A stretch of DNA of 64,000 bases. Source: Gammaproteobacteria bacterium (GTDB lineage Bacteria; Pseudomonadota; Gammaproteobacteria; Ga0077536). Numbering within the stretch: the stretch's first letter is position 1; every line of letters begins with the position of its first letter. Of the stretch, positions 19,634 to 28,404 are shown one piece after another. The position numbers and the translations under genes were made by a program. The stretch lies in NCBI GenBank assembly GCA_963662545.2, contig CAXXLL010000002.1:1248001-1312000 (forward strand), written 5' to 3'. Below the pieces are notes generated by a model. It was not told the origin of the DNA, searched no databases, and worked only from the letters and a program-made list of their open reading frames with translations.

Positions 19634-19729
19634 GGAAGAGCATCGTCTCCCGGTGGGGCGCCCGGACTTCAAATCCGGTGGAACGCGCGAAGGTGTGTTT
19701 GGTAGGTTCGACTCCTACCTCTTTCGCCA
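19634..19729 (+). tRNA. selC: tRNA-Sec (anticodon UCA), 7/5 fold
   Basis: GGAAGAG/CTCTTTC acceptor, G discriminator, CCA; 6-bp D-stem CGTCTC/GGGGCG; CCGGA-CTTCAAA-TCCGG; long variable arm; GTAGG-TTCGACT-CCTAC; resembles E. coli selC. Confidence 0.9.
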
Positions 19730-20072
19730 CAAATACTTACAGACGTTTTCTGGAACCAAGACGGAAATTTGAGAGCGCCTGTGGGACATTTGAGGTCCTA
19801 AATCCGCTCCATTTAGCTTCGGCGCGTCTCGACCAAATACCAAGTTGGGCCCCAGAAATAGGGATTAAATGGATTCTTATTGTCCCGACCGTGATTCGTT
19901 TCAAAATGGGACATTTATCGGAAGCTAAGAGCCACTCAAAACCGCCTGTTTACGCCTATAAGCGAACCACCGGCACGTACCAGCAACTAAAGAAGACCCA
20001 TGTTATTAAGGCGCGGCGGGCCATAAGATCGACGGGTGCGCGCGCTTTCACGATTTCGAGGGTAGATCTCCC

Positions 20073-20192
20073 CGTGTTTAGTTAAATAAGTCAACTCCGG
20101 CACCCTAACCCACGTGTTTAGTTAAATAAGTCAACTCCGGCACCCTAACCCACGTGTTTAGTTAAATAAGTCAACTCCGGCACCCTAACCCA
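20073..20192 (+). repeat. Perfect tandem repeat, 3 x 40 bp
   Basis: CGTGTTTAGTTAAATAAGTCAACTCCGGCACCCTAACCCA at 20073, 20113 and 20153; no spacers; ends immediately before ATG 20193. Confidence 0.97.
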
Positions 20193-20431
20193 ATGAGTAG
20201 CCCAGTCAGAGCAATCCCGGATAGTTTCTATGTTGTGGCTAGGGAACCCGGCGCAGAGCATCCCGCGTTGCCTACCTGGGCCAATGATGCGAAAAATCCG
20301 GCCGGCCTTGCCGTGGACCATACCGGCGTTGTTGATCGGCGCGAGGTCGATGCAGTACCGGGCGCCTTTCAGTTACTCAATGTCCTCTCGACATCGGAGT
20401 GTCAGCATCTAATTGAACCCCGATTATCCCC

Positions 20432-20460
20432 TTGACTAACGTACTCCAATCGTGTACGAT
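20432..20460 (+). promoter_or_regulatory. Sigma70-type promoter of transposase, -35 inside the left TIR
   Basis: TTGACT, 17 bp, TACGAT; followed by AGGAGG RBS and ATG 20483. Confidence 0.75.
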
Positions 20461-20482
20461 CTCCTTACAGTAGGAGGACACG

Positions 20483-21340
20483 ATGAGCAAGCCACTGAGT
20501 ATTCAGCAATTTTTCAAGCATTTCCCGAACGATGACACCTGCCTGCAGCATCTGATGCTGAGCAAGTATGGCGAAACCCTTGATTGCCCGAAATGCGGCA
20601 AGCACGGCAAGTTTCACCGCATGAAGAAGGAACCTGCTTACGAATGCCAGTGGTGCGGACATCATCTTCACCCGATGGCGGGCACGATTTTCCACCGCTC
20701 TCACACGTCGCTCCAGAAGTGGTTCTACGCGATCTACCTGTTCACTACGACTCGGCATGGCGTGGCCGCCAAGGAATTGCAGCGCCAGTTGAGCGTGACC
20801 TATAAAACAGCGTGGCGCATGGCCCACCAGATCCGCAAGCTCATGGCGAAAGCCGACGGCGAGTGGCCGCTGAGCGGGACCGTCGAAGTGGACGAAACCT
20901 ACGTGGGCGGAAAGGTCAAGGGTAAGGGACGGGGCTACCGGGGCAACAAGGCCGTGGTATTCGGCATGATGGAGCGGGGCGGCGACGTGATGACCAAGGT
21001 CGTCCCAAACGTCCGCAAAAAGACCCTGCAGCCGATCATTAAGGCGAATGTCGAAGAAGGTAGCACCGTGCATACCGACGAGCTTAAGTCTTACAACGGG
21101 CTTGAGAAGGCCGGATACGACCATGAGACGGTTAATCACGGCGCTGGCGAATATGCGAAGGACGGCTGCCATGTAAACACGATGGAAGGCTATTGGGCGC
21201 GGCTCAAGCTTTCGATCCGCGGGACGCATGTCCATGTTTCCGGGAAGCACCTTGAGAAGTACGTGAAGGAGTTTGAGTACCGCTACAACCGCCGCCGGAA
21301 CCCCGAGCGGATGTTTGATCATCTGCTGGCAAGTCTTTAG
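20483..21340 (+). CDS. IS1595-family (ISXO2-like) transposase
   Basis: Zn ribbon CPKC..CQWC, GTIF, LSGTVEVDETYVGG, VHTDE..SY, VNH, HVNTMEGYW, YVKEFEYRYN. Confidence 0.96.
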   Translation: MSKPLSIQQFFKHFPNDDTCLQHLMLSKYGETLDCPKCGKHGKFHRMKKEPAYECQWCGHHLHPMAGTIFHRSHTSLQKWFYAIYLFTTTRHGVAAKELQRQLSVTYKTAWRMAHQIRKLMAKADGEWPLSGTVEVDETYVGGKVKGKGRGYRGNKAVVFGMMERGGDVMTKVVPNVRKKTLQPIIKANVEEGSTVHTDELKSYNGLEKAGYDHETVNHGAGEYAKDGCHVNTMEGYWARLKLSIRGTHVHVSGKHLEKYVKEFEYRYNRRRNPERMFDHLLASL

Positions 21341-21461
21341 CGGCCAGATCCAGCACCTCCCAAAAGCGCGAGTTCGGCGGGCACGGATGCTCCTTGATGA
21401 ACTGATCGATCTTGCCCATCCGGCGGGCTTCCTCTAGGGACAACTCTTTCCCTCTGGACAT
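21204..21461 (-). CDS. Small IS-borne ORF overlapping transposase 3' end
   Basis: MSRGKELSLEEARRMGKIDQFIKEHP...; directly follows the passenger gene on the same strand. Confidence 0.45.
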   Translation of the reverse strand: MSRGKELSLEEARRMGKIDQFIKEHPCPPNSRFWEVLDLAAKDLPADDQTSARGSGGGCSGTQTPSRTSQGASRKHGHASRGSKA

Positions 21462-21474
21462 CGTTCTAAATTCC

Positions 21475-22047
21475 TTACCGGTGCGTTTCCCCGCGCGGCA
21501 TAATTACCCTAGGGCGCCTTGTTCGATGAAAGGCTTTCCGTTTGATACGAAGATATTCATACCAATCCAGAACGGATTTAGGCGAATCTATATCAATCGG
21601 AGACGGATAATCGTCATGTCCGTGCTCCTGCAGGAAAATCGTCAACTCGTCAACCGTATCTTGAGCCACCTCAGCCATATAGTCCGGGTTCCCTGGATGC
21701 GCCGCGTTTATCACTTGCGGTTTGTGCACCCTCTGGACGTACGCGTAGGTTTGCTCAACAGATTCACGAAGCATCTCATCTTCTTGAATCGCTATCATCT
21801 TGGCCAGCCGCCACAACGTTGCCCCACTAATCATTAAAACGATGATCGCCAAAACTGGCGGTAAGTATTCCGGGATCAAACTAACCACCGCGCGAGCCCA
21901 ATCCATCACCCACGCTGCTGCATAAGCGAGAGCAGAAAACACCCCTGCCGCGCTGAGCCCCAACCCAATGTAGTGCTCGGCAATTCGATCCATTACCCAT
22001 CGTGGGATCCCCCACAACAACTTTTCGGGCGCTTTTGATATCCCCAT
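21475..22047 (-). CDS. IS passenger gene, membrane protein of unknown function
   Basis: 190-aa ORF inside the IS, starting just inside the right TIR; two N-terminal hydrophobic helices. Confidence 0.7.
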   Translation of the reverse strand: MGISKAPEKLLWGIPRWVMDRIAEHYIGLGLSAAGVFSALAYAAAWVMDWARAVVSLIPEYLPPVLAIIVLMISGATLWRLAKMIAIQEDEMLRESVEQTYAYVQRVHKPQVINAAHPGNPDYMAEVAQDTVDELTIFLQEHGHDDYPSPIDIDSPKSVLDWYEYLRIKRKAFHRTRRPRVIMPRGETHR

Positions 22048-22964
22048 AGCGGGGAATCATCTCACTATCCACTTACGTTAGTCAAGGGGATAATCGGGAA
22101 TTGAACTGACTGAATCGCTCGGCTATTTACCCGATGCCGCGGTTTCGCTACCGCGTTCAATCCGTCACAACCACAACGTCACCTGGGTTGCCGACCAGCT
22201 GACAACCGACATCCTGTGGCAGCGCTGCGCGGACCTAATGACCGACGATCTCGGCCTGTTCTCGGGCAAACGCGCAATTGGACTGAACGCGCGTTTCCGC
22301 TTTTATCGCTATCGGCAAGGCGATTACTTCAAGCCCCATACTGACGGCGCGTGGCCGGGAAGCAAGGTCGTTGATAATGAACTGATCACCAATGCTTACA
22401 CGGACCGCTGGAGTCAGCTCTCTTTTATTGTGTTTCTTGGCGACGACTATACCGGGGGGCGCACCCAGTTCTACCTGAACAAAGACGATCCATTACAGCC
22501 CGCGCGCGATAGTGAGCCGGCCATTGTAATTAATGTCAGGACACCAGTCGGCGCCGTTCTGTGTTTCCCCCACGGCCTCCATCGCCTGCATTGCCTGCAT
22601 AGCTCCGAAGCAATCATTGGCGGAACGAAGTACATCATTCGTTCGGACGTTCTGTTCGAAATTTAGCCCCCGAAGGCATTTTTTCACCATCTGAGAGGCG
22701 TAATAAGAGACCGATCACGATTTCCTCGTGCACATATCTGCAAGCCACTCGATAGCGGTGGTTCATAGTATTCGGTGGCGCGAGCGTGACGGGCGGCGGC
22801 TCGCGGCGACCGGACACCCGGATACTTTCATCTGACCCCACCGACCGACGTCCCGCTTTACGCGGGAATTGGCGAAAAAAGGCGTTGTTCTTCCTACATT
22901 CGCACGGTAGCTTGGTACTTTCGTATTTACAGAATCAACATGCACATCTGCAAAGGGGGAGACC

Positions 22965-23405
22965 ATGACGATTGATGACCTCAATGATCTCGAAGCGATA
23001 CGCCAGCTTAAATCGCGTTACTTCCGGCTAATGGACACCCAACAGTTTGACCAGTGGCATACGTGCTTTACCGATGATGTGTCGGCGCTCTACGAGGGGG
23101 TACCACGTGCCGCCGATGACCTGCCCACGGATATTGAGATCCAGGGCTGCGCGGCACTGGTCGATGGGGTGCGCAGCCTGATGACCGGCGCACAGTCGAT
23201 ACATCAGGGCTATATGCCCGAGCTCGAACTAACCAGCGCCACGACGGCCAAGGGGATCTGGTCAATGTACGACTATGTGCGCCTGGCAACCTGCAACTTT
23301 CAGGGCTGGGGGCACTACCACGAGGAGTATGTGAAAGAAGGCGGCCAGTGGAAGATCAAGAAGATTCACCTGACCCGTTTGCATACCGAGGAGGAATGGC
23401 TCTAG
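22965..23405 (+). CDS. SnoaL/NTF2-like protein (BaiE-type dehydratase family)
   Basis: DLEAIRQLKSRYFRLMDT, SIHQGYMPELE..SATTAKGIWSM.D, GWGHYHEEY.KE.G.WKI..LTRL. Confidence 0.9.
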   Translation: MTIDDLNDLEAIRQLKSRYFRLMDTQQFDQWHTCFTDDVSALYEGVPRAADDLPTDIEIQGCAALVDGVRSLMTGAQSIHQGYMPELELTSATTAKGIWSMYDYVRLATCNFQGWGHYHEEYVKEGGQWKIKKIHLTRLHTEEEWL

Positions 23406-23460
23406 CGTAAGAAGTCGTGTCGTCATTCCTACGACGAAAGTTTTCGCGCAAGCAGACGAA

Positions 23461-24180
23461 TCACGCTGCGTCGTGAAAAATAATTCCTAGCGCTCGCCTT
23501 AGTCCGGCGCGTAATTCACTGACGCCGTGACGGGTCTTGAGCCGGTAGTAACCGCGCGTTCCTTTGACCGGCCGTTCATTGACGGTAAACACCACGGCGT
23601 CACCCTGCGTGAGCGGCACCACGCGTACGCGGGACTGCGATCTTGGTTTTTGCTCGGTCAGAACGAATTCGCCGCCTTCGAAGTCTTGTCCCGGTCGATC
23701 GAGCAGCACGGTGATCTGCAGCGGAAAACTCGTCTCTCCGTAGAGGTCTTGGTGCAGTCGGTTGTAATCGCCGGTCCGGTAACGCAGGAGCAGCGGGGTC
23801 GGACGCCGTTGCTCGCGGGCGTGGCAGCGTTTGAGGAAACCGTCGTGATCCGTCGGATAGGGACGGGTGCGATGGATCTTCCGGGACCAGTCGTTGGCGA
23901 GGTCGACGAGGCGCTCGTACAGGCCCCGGCGCAGCGCCTCGACCAATGGCGGGAGCGGGTATGCGAAGTACTTGTACTCGCCTTCACCGAAACCAAACCG
24001 CTGCATGACGATGTGCGATCGAAAACTATCGTCCCGCTCAAACGCCGCCGCGATGTCACCGCATTCCCGGGCAGACATCAAACTTTCGAGTACCGAGTAT
24101 CCCTGTTGGTCCAGGCGGTTCAGGATGGGCTGCCAATCGTAACGCTCCAGGCGCGGAGCCCGCTCGTCGCCCGCCATCAT
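23461..24180 (-). CDS. DUF2086-type 2OG-Fe(II) oxygenase
   Basis: FG.GEYKYFAYPLP, RPTPLLLRY..GDYN.LHQDLYGE..FPLQ, RHGVS, LGIIFHDA; ATG overlaps the selD stop (ATGA). Confidence 0.9.
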   Translation of the reverse strand: MMAGDERAPRLERYDWQPILNRLDQQGYSVLESLMSARECGDIAAAFERDDSFRSHIVMQRFGFGEGEYKYFAYPLPPLVEALRRGLYERLVDLANDWSRKIHRTRPYPTDHDGFLKRCHAREQRRPTPLLLRYRTGDYNRLHQDLYGETSFPLQITVLLDRPGQDFEGGEFVLTEQKPRSQSRVRVVPLTQGDAVVFTVNERPVKGTRGYYRLKTRHGVSELRAGLRRALGIIFHDAA

Positions 24181-26462
24181 GATCGTATCGCAATCGCCGC
24201 GCCGTTTTCCCTGGCGACGAACCGTCCGATCGCAATCGCCTGTGGATAACCGATGCGCCGGAGTTCGGCGACACACGCGTTCGCATTCGTCGCGGGAATG
24301 GCGGCGAGCAGTCCGCCTGAGGTTTGCGGATCGAAGCCCATGTCGAAATGCGGATGTTCGCGTGCGGCCTGGTCCACCTTGCAAGCTTCGGCCGCACTCA
24401 AGTTCTGCGGATGCAGTGTACTCAAGATGCCGCGATCCGCGAGTTCTATGGCGCCGGACAGCAGCGGTAGCGAACTCAATTCGAACTCCGTTGCAAGCGA
24501 ACGGTCGTTCAACATTTCGAGCAGGTGTCCGACGAGACCGAAACCGGTGACGTCGGTCAAAGCGGTGGCGCCGTGGTCGACCATGCAGCGCGCCGCGCCG
24601 CCGTTGGACAAGGTCATCATCATCAGCGCCTCGTCGATCCAGCGCGAACGCGCCTGCCCTTGCATCGCGCCCGCGAAAAGAATGCCGGTACCTAGCGGTT
24701 TAGCCAGAACCAGCACGTCGCCGACGCGGGCGCCGGATTTGCGCAGCAGACGGTTTTCGTCGGCATAGCCAATAACGGCGAACCCGAGCGAGAGTTCAGC
24801 CCCTTCGCCGGTATGTCCGCCGACCAGCGTGGTTTCTTCGGCCGCGAAAACTTCCAGCGCCCCGGACATCATGTGGACCAGGTCGTGGCGCATTTTCGAT
24901 TCCTTGGCCAGCGGCAGGGTTGCGACGGCAAGCGCCGACTGCGGTGTAGCGGCCATCGCGAAAATGTCACTGAGCGCGTGCGTTGCCGCCACCTTGCCAA
25001 ACATCCACGGGTCGTCGATGAAGCTGCGGAAAGCATCCACGGTTTGTACGGAGACCGTGCCCGGCGGCGTGCGGACGACTGCGGCATCGTCCGGTTTCGC
25101 CAGGCCGACGAGAATATCGGGCCCGTGACGGAGAGTGAGTTCGTCCAGGGCGTTGCGCAAAAGATCAGCGCCCAGCTTCGAGCCGCAGCCACCGCAGCGC
25201 ATGTCTTCAAACGTCGGGGTATCGCCGACACCGTTCGGCGACGGTGCGGTCGTGCGCATGGCCGGAAGATCGGTGAAGCGCCGCATGAAGCGGCGATCGA
25301 TCCAATCTTTCCACTGCCAGACCCAGCGGCCTTCGAACGCCCAGTTTCCGCGCGAGGCGATCGCGCGGCGCTCGCCTGTGGTGATCAGGCTGAGAAACTG
25401 GTGCTGCGGTGTGAACGACGTCAAACGAGAGCGCTGCAACGCGCGGCGCAGATTATTGGCCAGGGGAGGACCCTGCCGCACGGCGAATACGCCCGACTTG
25501 GGACGCGGATGGGGATCGACGCTTGCTACGTCTCCGGCCGCAAAGACACCGGCATGCGATACCGACTGCAGGGTATCGTCCACACGAATAAAGCCGTGTT
25601 CATCCGTTGCAAGCCCTGCTTCGCGCGGCCACGGCGGTGCGCTCGCGGCCGTAACCCAAAGTACTTCGTCGAGTGCAATGGTATCGCCCGTGTGCGTGCG
25701 CAAGGTGCCGGGCGTGACTTCGGTCACTTCGCAACCGAGCGACAAGGCCACGCCCGAGCTTTCCAGTACGTTGCGATACATGGCGCGGACGCGGGGGTTA
25801 TGTGTGGGGAGAATGTCGTCGCTCGCGGTGATCAGATGAAACTGGAGGCGTTCGAGATCCCCCGCGACGGCGCGCAGTTCCTGCAGCAGGTGATAACGCA
25901 CCGCCATCAGCAACTCGACCCCGCCGGCGCCGCCACCGACGACCCCGATCTTCAAGGCATCAGCGGTCGCCAGGACGCGTTCGCGCATGGCCTGCCAGCG
26001 TTCGTGAAAACTGCTGACCGGTTTGACGATAACGGTGTTCTCTTCGGAGCCCGGCGCGCTCGTCGACGGCGCCGAACCGGTATCGATGCTGAGCAGGTCG
26101 AAACTGACCGGCGGGCGATCGTTGCAGATCACCTTGCGGCTTTCGAGATTGAGCCCCGTAACCTCGTCATGCAGGAGGCGTGCGCCAGCGAAACGGGCGA
26201 GAGGGCCAAGATCGATATGCGCATCGTCGTAGCTGTAATGGCCCGCTATGTAAGCTGGAAGCATGCCGGAATAGGGCGTGTGCAAATCCCGGCTAATCAG
26301 GGTGATGCGCACGCCTTCAAAGGGCTTCATGCCGAAGCGGCGCATGACCTCGACATGGGCGTGGCCCCCGCCGATCAGGACCAAATCATGCGTGATGGGC
26401 GCTGCATTCATAAATGAAGGGATATTTCTGGCCGTCAGTTGCGAAGACTGGGTCGCGGACAT
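24177..26462 (-). CDS. selD: Selenide,water dikinase fused to N-terminal FAD/NADH-dehydrogenase-like domain
   Basis: N-part LVLIGGGHAH, VGGGAGGVE, FAAGD, PKSGVFAVRQG; C-part MRCGGCGSK, DDAAV, QTVD, GGHT, TDVTGFGL.GHL.EM, DPQTSGGLL. Confidence 0.95.
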   Translation of the reverse strand: MSATQSSQLTARNIPSFMNAAPITHDLVLIGGGHAHVEVMRRFGMKPFEGVRITLISRDLHTPYSGMLPAYIAGHYSYDDAHIDLGPLARFAGARLLHDEVTGLNLESRKVICNDRPPVSFDLLSIDTGSAPSTSAPGSEENTVIVKPVSSFHERWQAMRERVLATADALKIGVVGGGAGGVELLMAVRYHLLQELRAVAGDLERLQFHLITASDDILPTHNPRVRAMYRNVLESSGVALSLGCEVTEVTPGTLRTHTGDTIALDEVLWVTAASAPPWPREAGLATDEHGFIRVDDTLQSVSHAGVFAAGDVASVDPHPRPKSGVFAVRQGPPLANNLRRALQRSRLTSFTPQHQFLSLITTGERRAIASRGNWAFEGRWVWQWKDWIDRRFMRRFTDLPAMRTTAPSPNGVGDTPTFEDMRCGGCGSKLGADLLRNALDELTLRHGPDILVGLAKPDDAAVVRTPPGTVSVQTVDAFRSFIDDPWMFGKVAATHALSDIFAMAATPQSALAVATLPLAKESKMRHDLVHMMSGALEVFAAEETTLVGGHTGEGAELSLGFAVIGYADENRLLRKSGARVGDVLVLAKPLGTGILFAGAMQGQARSRWIDEALMMMTLSNGGAARCMVDHGATALTDVTGFGLVGHLLEMLNDRSLATEFELSSLPLLSGAIELADRGILSTLHPQNLSAAEACKVDQAAREHPHFDMGFDPQTSGGLLAAIPATNANACVAELRRIGYPQAIAIGRFVARENGAAIAIRS

Positions 26463-26657
26463 TTATCTTGTATCGGATCCCGGGTGATCGAGCGGTCCGC
26501 AATGAACGCCTCGCGTTTTCTATTGTGCCACACCCCATCCGCTCCATTTCGAGTGGATTGTCACTTCGAAGAGGCCATTTGGCGCTGCTTGATCCGGGCG
26601 GAGACGGTCACTATCGTTAGATCGTGTAATTTGCGCTGAGAAAGAAGGAGCCCAACG

Positions 26658-27389
26658 ATGGCGAACCACAAGGTCGTATCGAGAGAAGAATGGTTGGAGG
26701 CCCGCCAGGAACACCTGAAGAAAGAAAAGGAGTTCACGCGTTTGCGCGACGAGGTGAGCCGCCACCGGCGCGACATGCCGTGGGTCAAGCTAGACAAGGA
26801 ATACTTGTTCGACACGGAGCGGGGCAAGCAGTCGTTGGCCGATCTCTTCGAAGACTGCAGTCAGCTCATCACCTACCATTTCATGTTTCATCCGGACTGG
26901 GAACAGGGCTGCAAGAGTTGCTCGTTCCTTGCCGACAGTTACGCCGGTTCGGCGGCGCACCTGAAGGCCCGCAATGTGTCGCTGGTCACGGTGTCCAAAG
27001 CATCTCTTGATCAGATCAATACATTCAGGACGCGTATGGGTTGGGACTTTCCTTGGGTCTCGTCGGGACCCAGCGATTTCAACCGGGACTTCCACGTGTC
27101 GTTTACCGAGGAAGAACTCGAGAACGCAAGCGCGTATTACAACTATCGCAAGATGGGCTTCCCCGAAGTCGAAGCGCCTGGGATCAGCGTGTTCTTCAAG
27201 GACGACGACGGCACGGTGTACCACACCTACTCATCGTACGGGCGCGGCCTCGATATGTTCATCACCACCTACCATCTGCTCGATATCGTGGCCAAGGGCC
27301 GTGACGAGCAAGACCTTCCTTATTCAATGGCGTGGATACGTCATCACGATAAGTACAACGACCCGAACGACAGCGGCTCGTTTCATTAG
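26658..27389 (+). CDS. DUF899 thioredoxin-like protein
   Basis: VVSREEWLEAR..L.KEKEFTR.RD, SLADLF..SQL..YHFMF.P..GCKSCS, YHTYSSYGRG. Confidence 0.92.
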   Translation: MANHKVVSREEWLEARQEHLKKEKEFTRLRDEVSRHRRDMPWVKLDKEYLFDTERGKQSLADLFEDCSQLITYHFMFHPDWEQGCKSCSFLADSYAGSAAHLKARNVSLVTVSKASLDQINTFRTRMGWDFPWVSSGPSDFNRDFHVSFTEEELENASAYYNYRKMGFPEVEAPGISVFFKDDDGTVYHTYSSYGRGLDMFITTYHLLDIVAKGRDEQDLPYSMAWIRHHDKYNDPNDSGSFH

Positions 27390-27407
27390 GCGAGCCGGAA
27401 TAAAGGA

Positions 27408-27566
27408 TTTAACACGGCTTTTCCCCGGCGAGCGCCCGTACAAGGATGTGCGGGCCGTGGCCGAACGAAGACCATTGAGTACCGCCAAGGATGGCAGGCA
27501 CCTACCTTCGACACTACTCCACCCTGGATTCAAACAAAGCCCACGACGAATCGCCAGGGACGGCAA
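27408..27566 (+). repeat. Interspersed palindromic repeat (copy A)
   Basis: 27408-27455 matches the reverse complement of 31325-31372 at 40/48 nt; CGCCAAGGATGGCAGGCAC also recurs twice at 31168-31221. Confidence 0.75.
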
Positions 27567-27625
27567 CTCCGGCTCCGAATTCCCGGCACCCGTAGGAGCC
27601 AGCAACCGGACGAAGGGGGAACGCC

Positions 27626-28258
27626 TCAGGTCGTCCGGATTATCGTGGGGTCCGTATGCGGCGACACCCAGGCTTCGTTGTCCTCGGCGGGATCATTGTC
27701 GAGCAATCCCGCCGCTTCGATCTCGGCCATCGCGTCCTGGGTGAATTCCGCGCCGGGCGCGTCGCCCGCGATTACGAACATCAGCACCGAATACTCCTCC
27801 GTGGGTCCGTCGGTGACGTTCTCGAAACGCCGGATCGCGCCCGGCGGGAACGAGATGACATCCAGGGGGTCGAGGTCTGCGTGTTCGACCTCTCCGTTCT
27901 CGTTTTCCCAGCTCGCACGCCATTTACCGGTCATGGCGATAAAGGTCTCGTTGGTATCGTGGTTGTGCATCATCGGCCCTTTGCCCGGTAAGGCCTCACA
28001 GTAGCCGAGATTGAAACCTTCGGAGATCTTGATCGTGGACATGCGCGCGGCCTTGGCACCGACTGGTGACAGCACGCCTTCGTGCTCATTCTCAGGAGGT
28101 TGGAAGCCGATGACGTTGTATAAGATGCGCTCGGCGCCCGGCATGTAACTGTCGGGCAGTCCGCCGTCGAATCCCTTGAGATCCTTGAAGCGCGCGACCC
28201 GTTTCATCATCTTTTCTTTCGACACGAATTTACGCGGAAGTTGTTCTTCGAAAGCCAC
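27626..28258 (-). CDS. Cupin-domain protein
   Basis: GFNLGY..A.PGKGPMMHNHDTNETF..MTG.W, DVISFPPGAIRRFEN; AAGGAG RBS. Confidence 0.85.
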   Translation of the reverse strand: MAFEEQLPRKFVSKEKMMKRVARFKDLKGFDGGLPDSYMPGAERILYNVIGFQPPENEHEGVLSPVGAKAARMSTIKISEGFNLGYCEALPGKGPMMHNHDTNETFIAMTGKWRASWENENGEVEHADLDPLDVISFPPGAIRRFENVTDGPTEEYSVLMFVIAGDAPGAEFTQDAMAEIEAAGLLDNDPAEDNEAWVSPHTDPTIIRTT

Positions 28259-28404
28259 GACGCTCTCCTTTAGTGATCGACTGGTCTCAATAGCATAGTC
28301 ACATCCCGGTCGTCGCGAAAGGCGCCATGGACCGAGTTGAACAAATCGGTTCGGATCTTAAGTCCCCTGAGGGCAAGCGCTAAGAACCTCCCGATGAACG
28401 GCGA

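Larger units (their letters stand above)
20419..22098 (+). mobile_element. IS1595-family insertion sequence (1680 bp) with passenger ORFs
   Basis: Perfect 25-bp TIR CCCGATTATCCCCTTGACTAACGTA (20419-20443 / 22074-22098); 8-bp target duplication AATTGAAC (20411-20418, 22099-22106). Confidence 0.97.
20193..22666 (+). pseudogene. 2OG-Fe(II) oxygenase (prolyl-4-hydroxylase-like) split by IS1595
   Basis: Removing 20419-22106 restores one frame: ...VLSTSECQHLIE-LTESLGY...LNARFRFYRY..GDYFKPHTDG...LHSSE..KYIIRSDVLF. Confidence 0.9.

Noticed and set aside
19678-20085. 135-aa ORF after cusA
   Set aside because: It starts inside the tRNA-Sec and has no RBS or recognisable motif.
20103-20111. CCCTAACCC telomere-like motif in the tandem repeat
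   Set aside because: Only one CCCTAA per unit in a bacterial context; expected by chance.
20073-20192. Possible CRISPR array
   Set aside because: Units are contiguous and identical with no spacers, and no cas genes are in the window.
24813-26417. 534-aa plus-strand ORF and similar long antisense ORFs (e.g. 11394..12350, 29652..30767, 36721..37683)
   Set aside because: They are shadows of well-supported genes on the opposite strand in GC-rich DNA, with no motifs.
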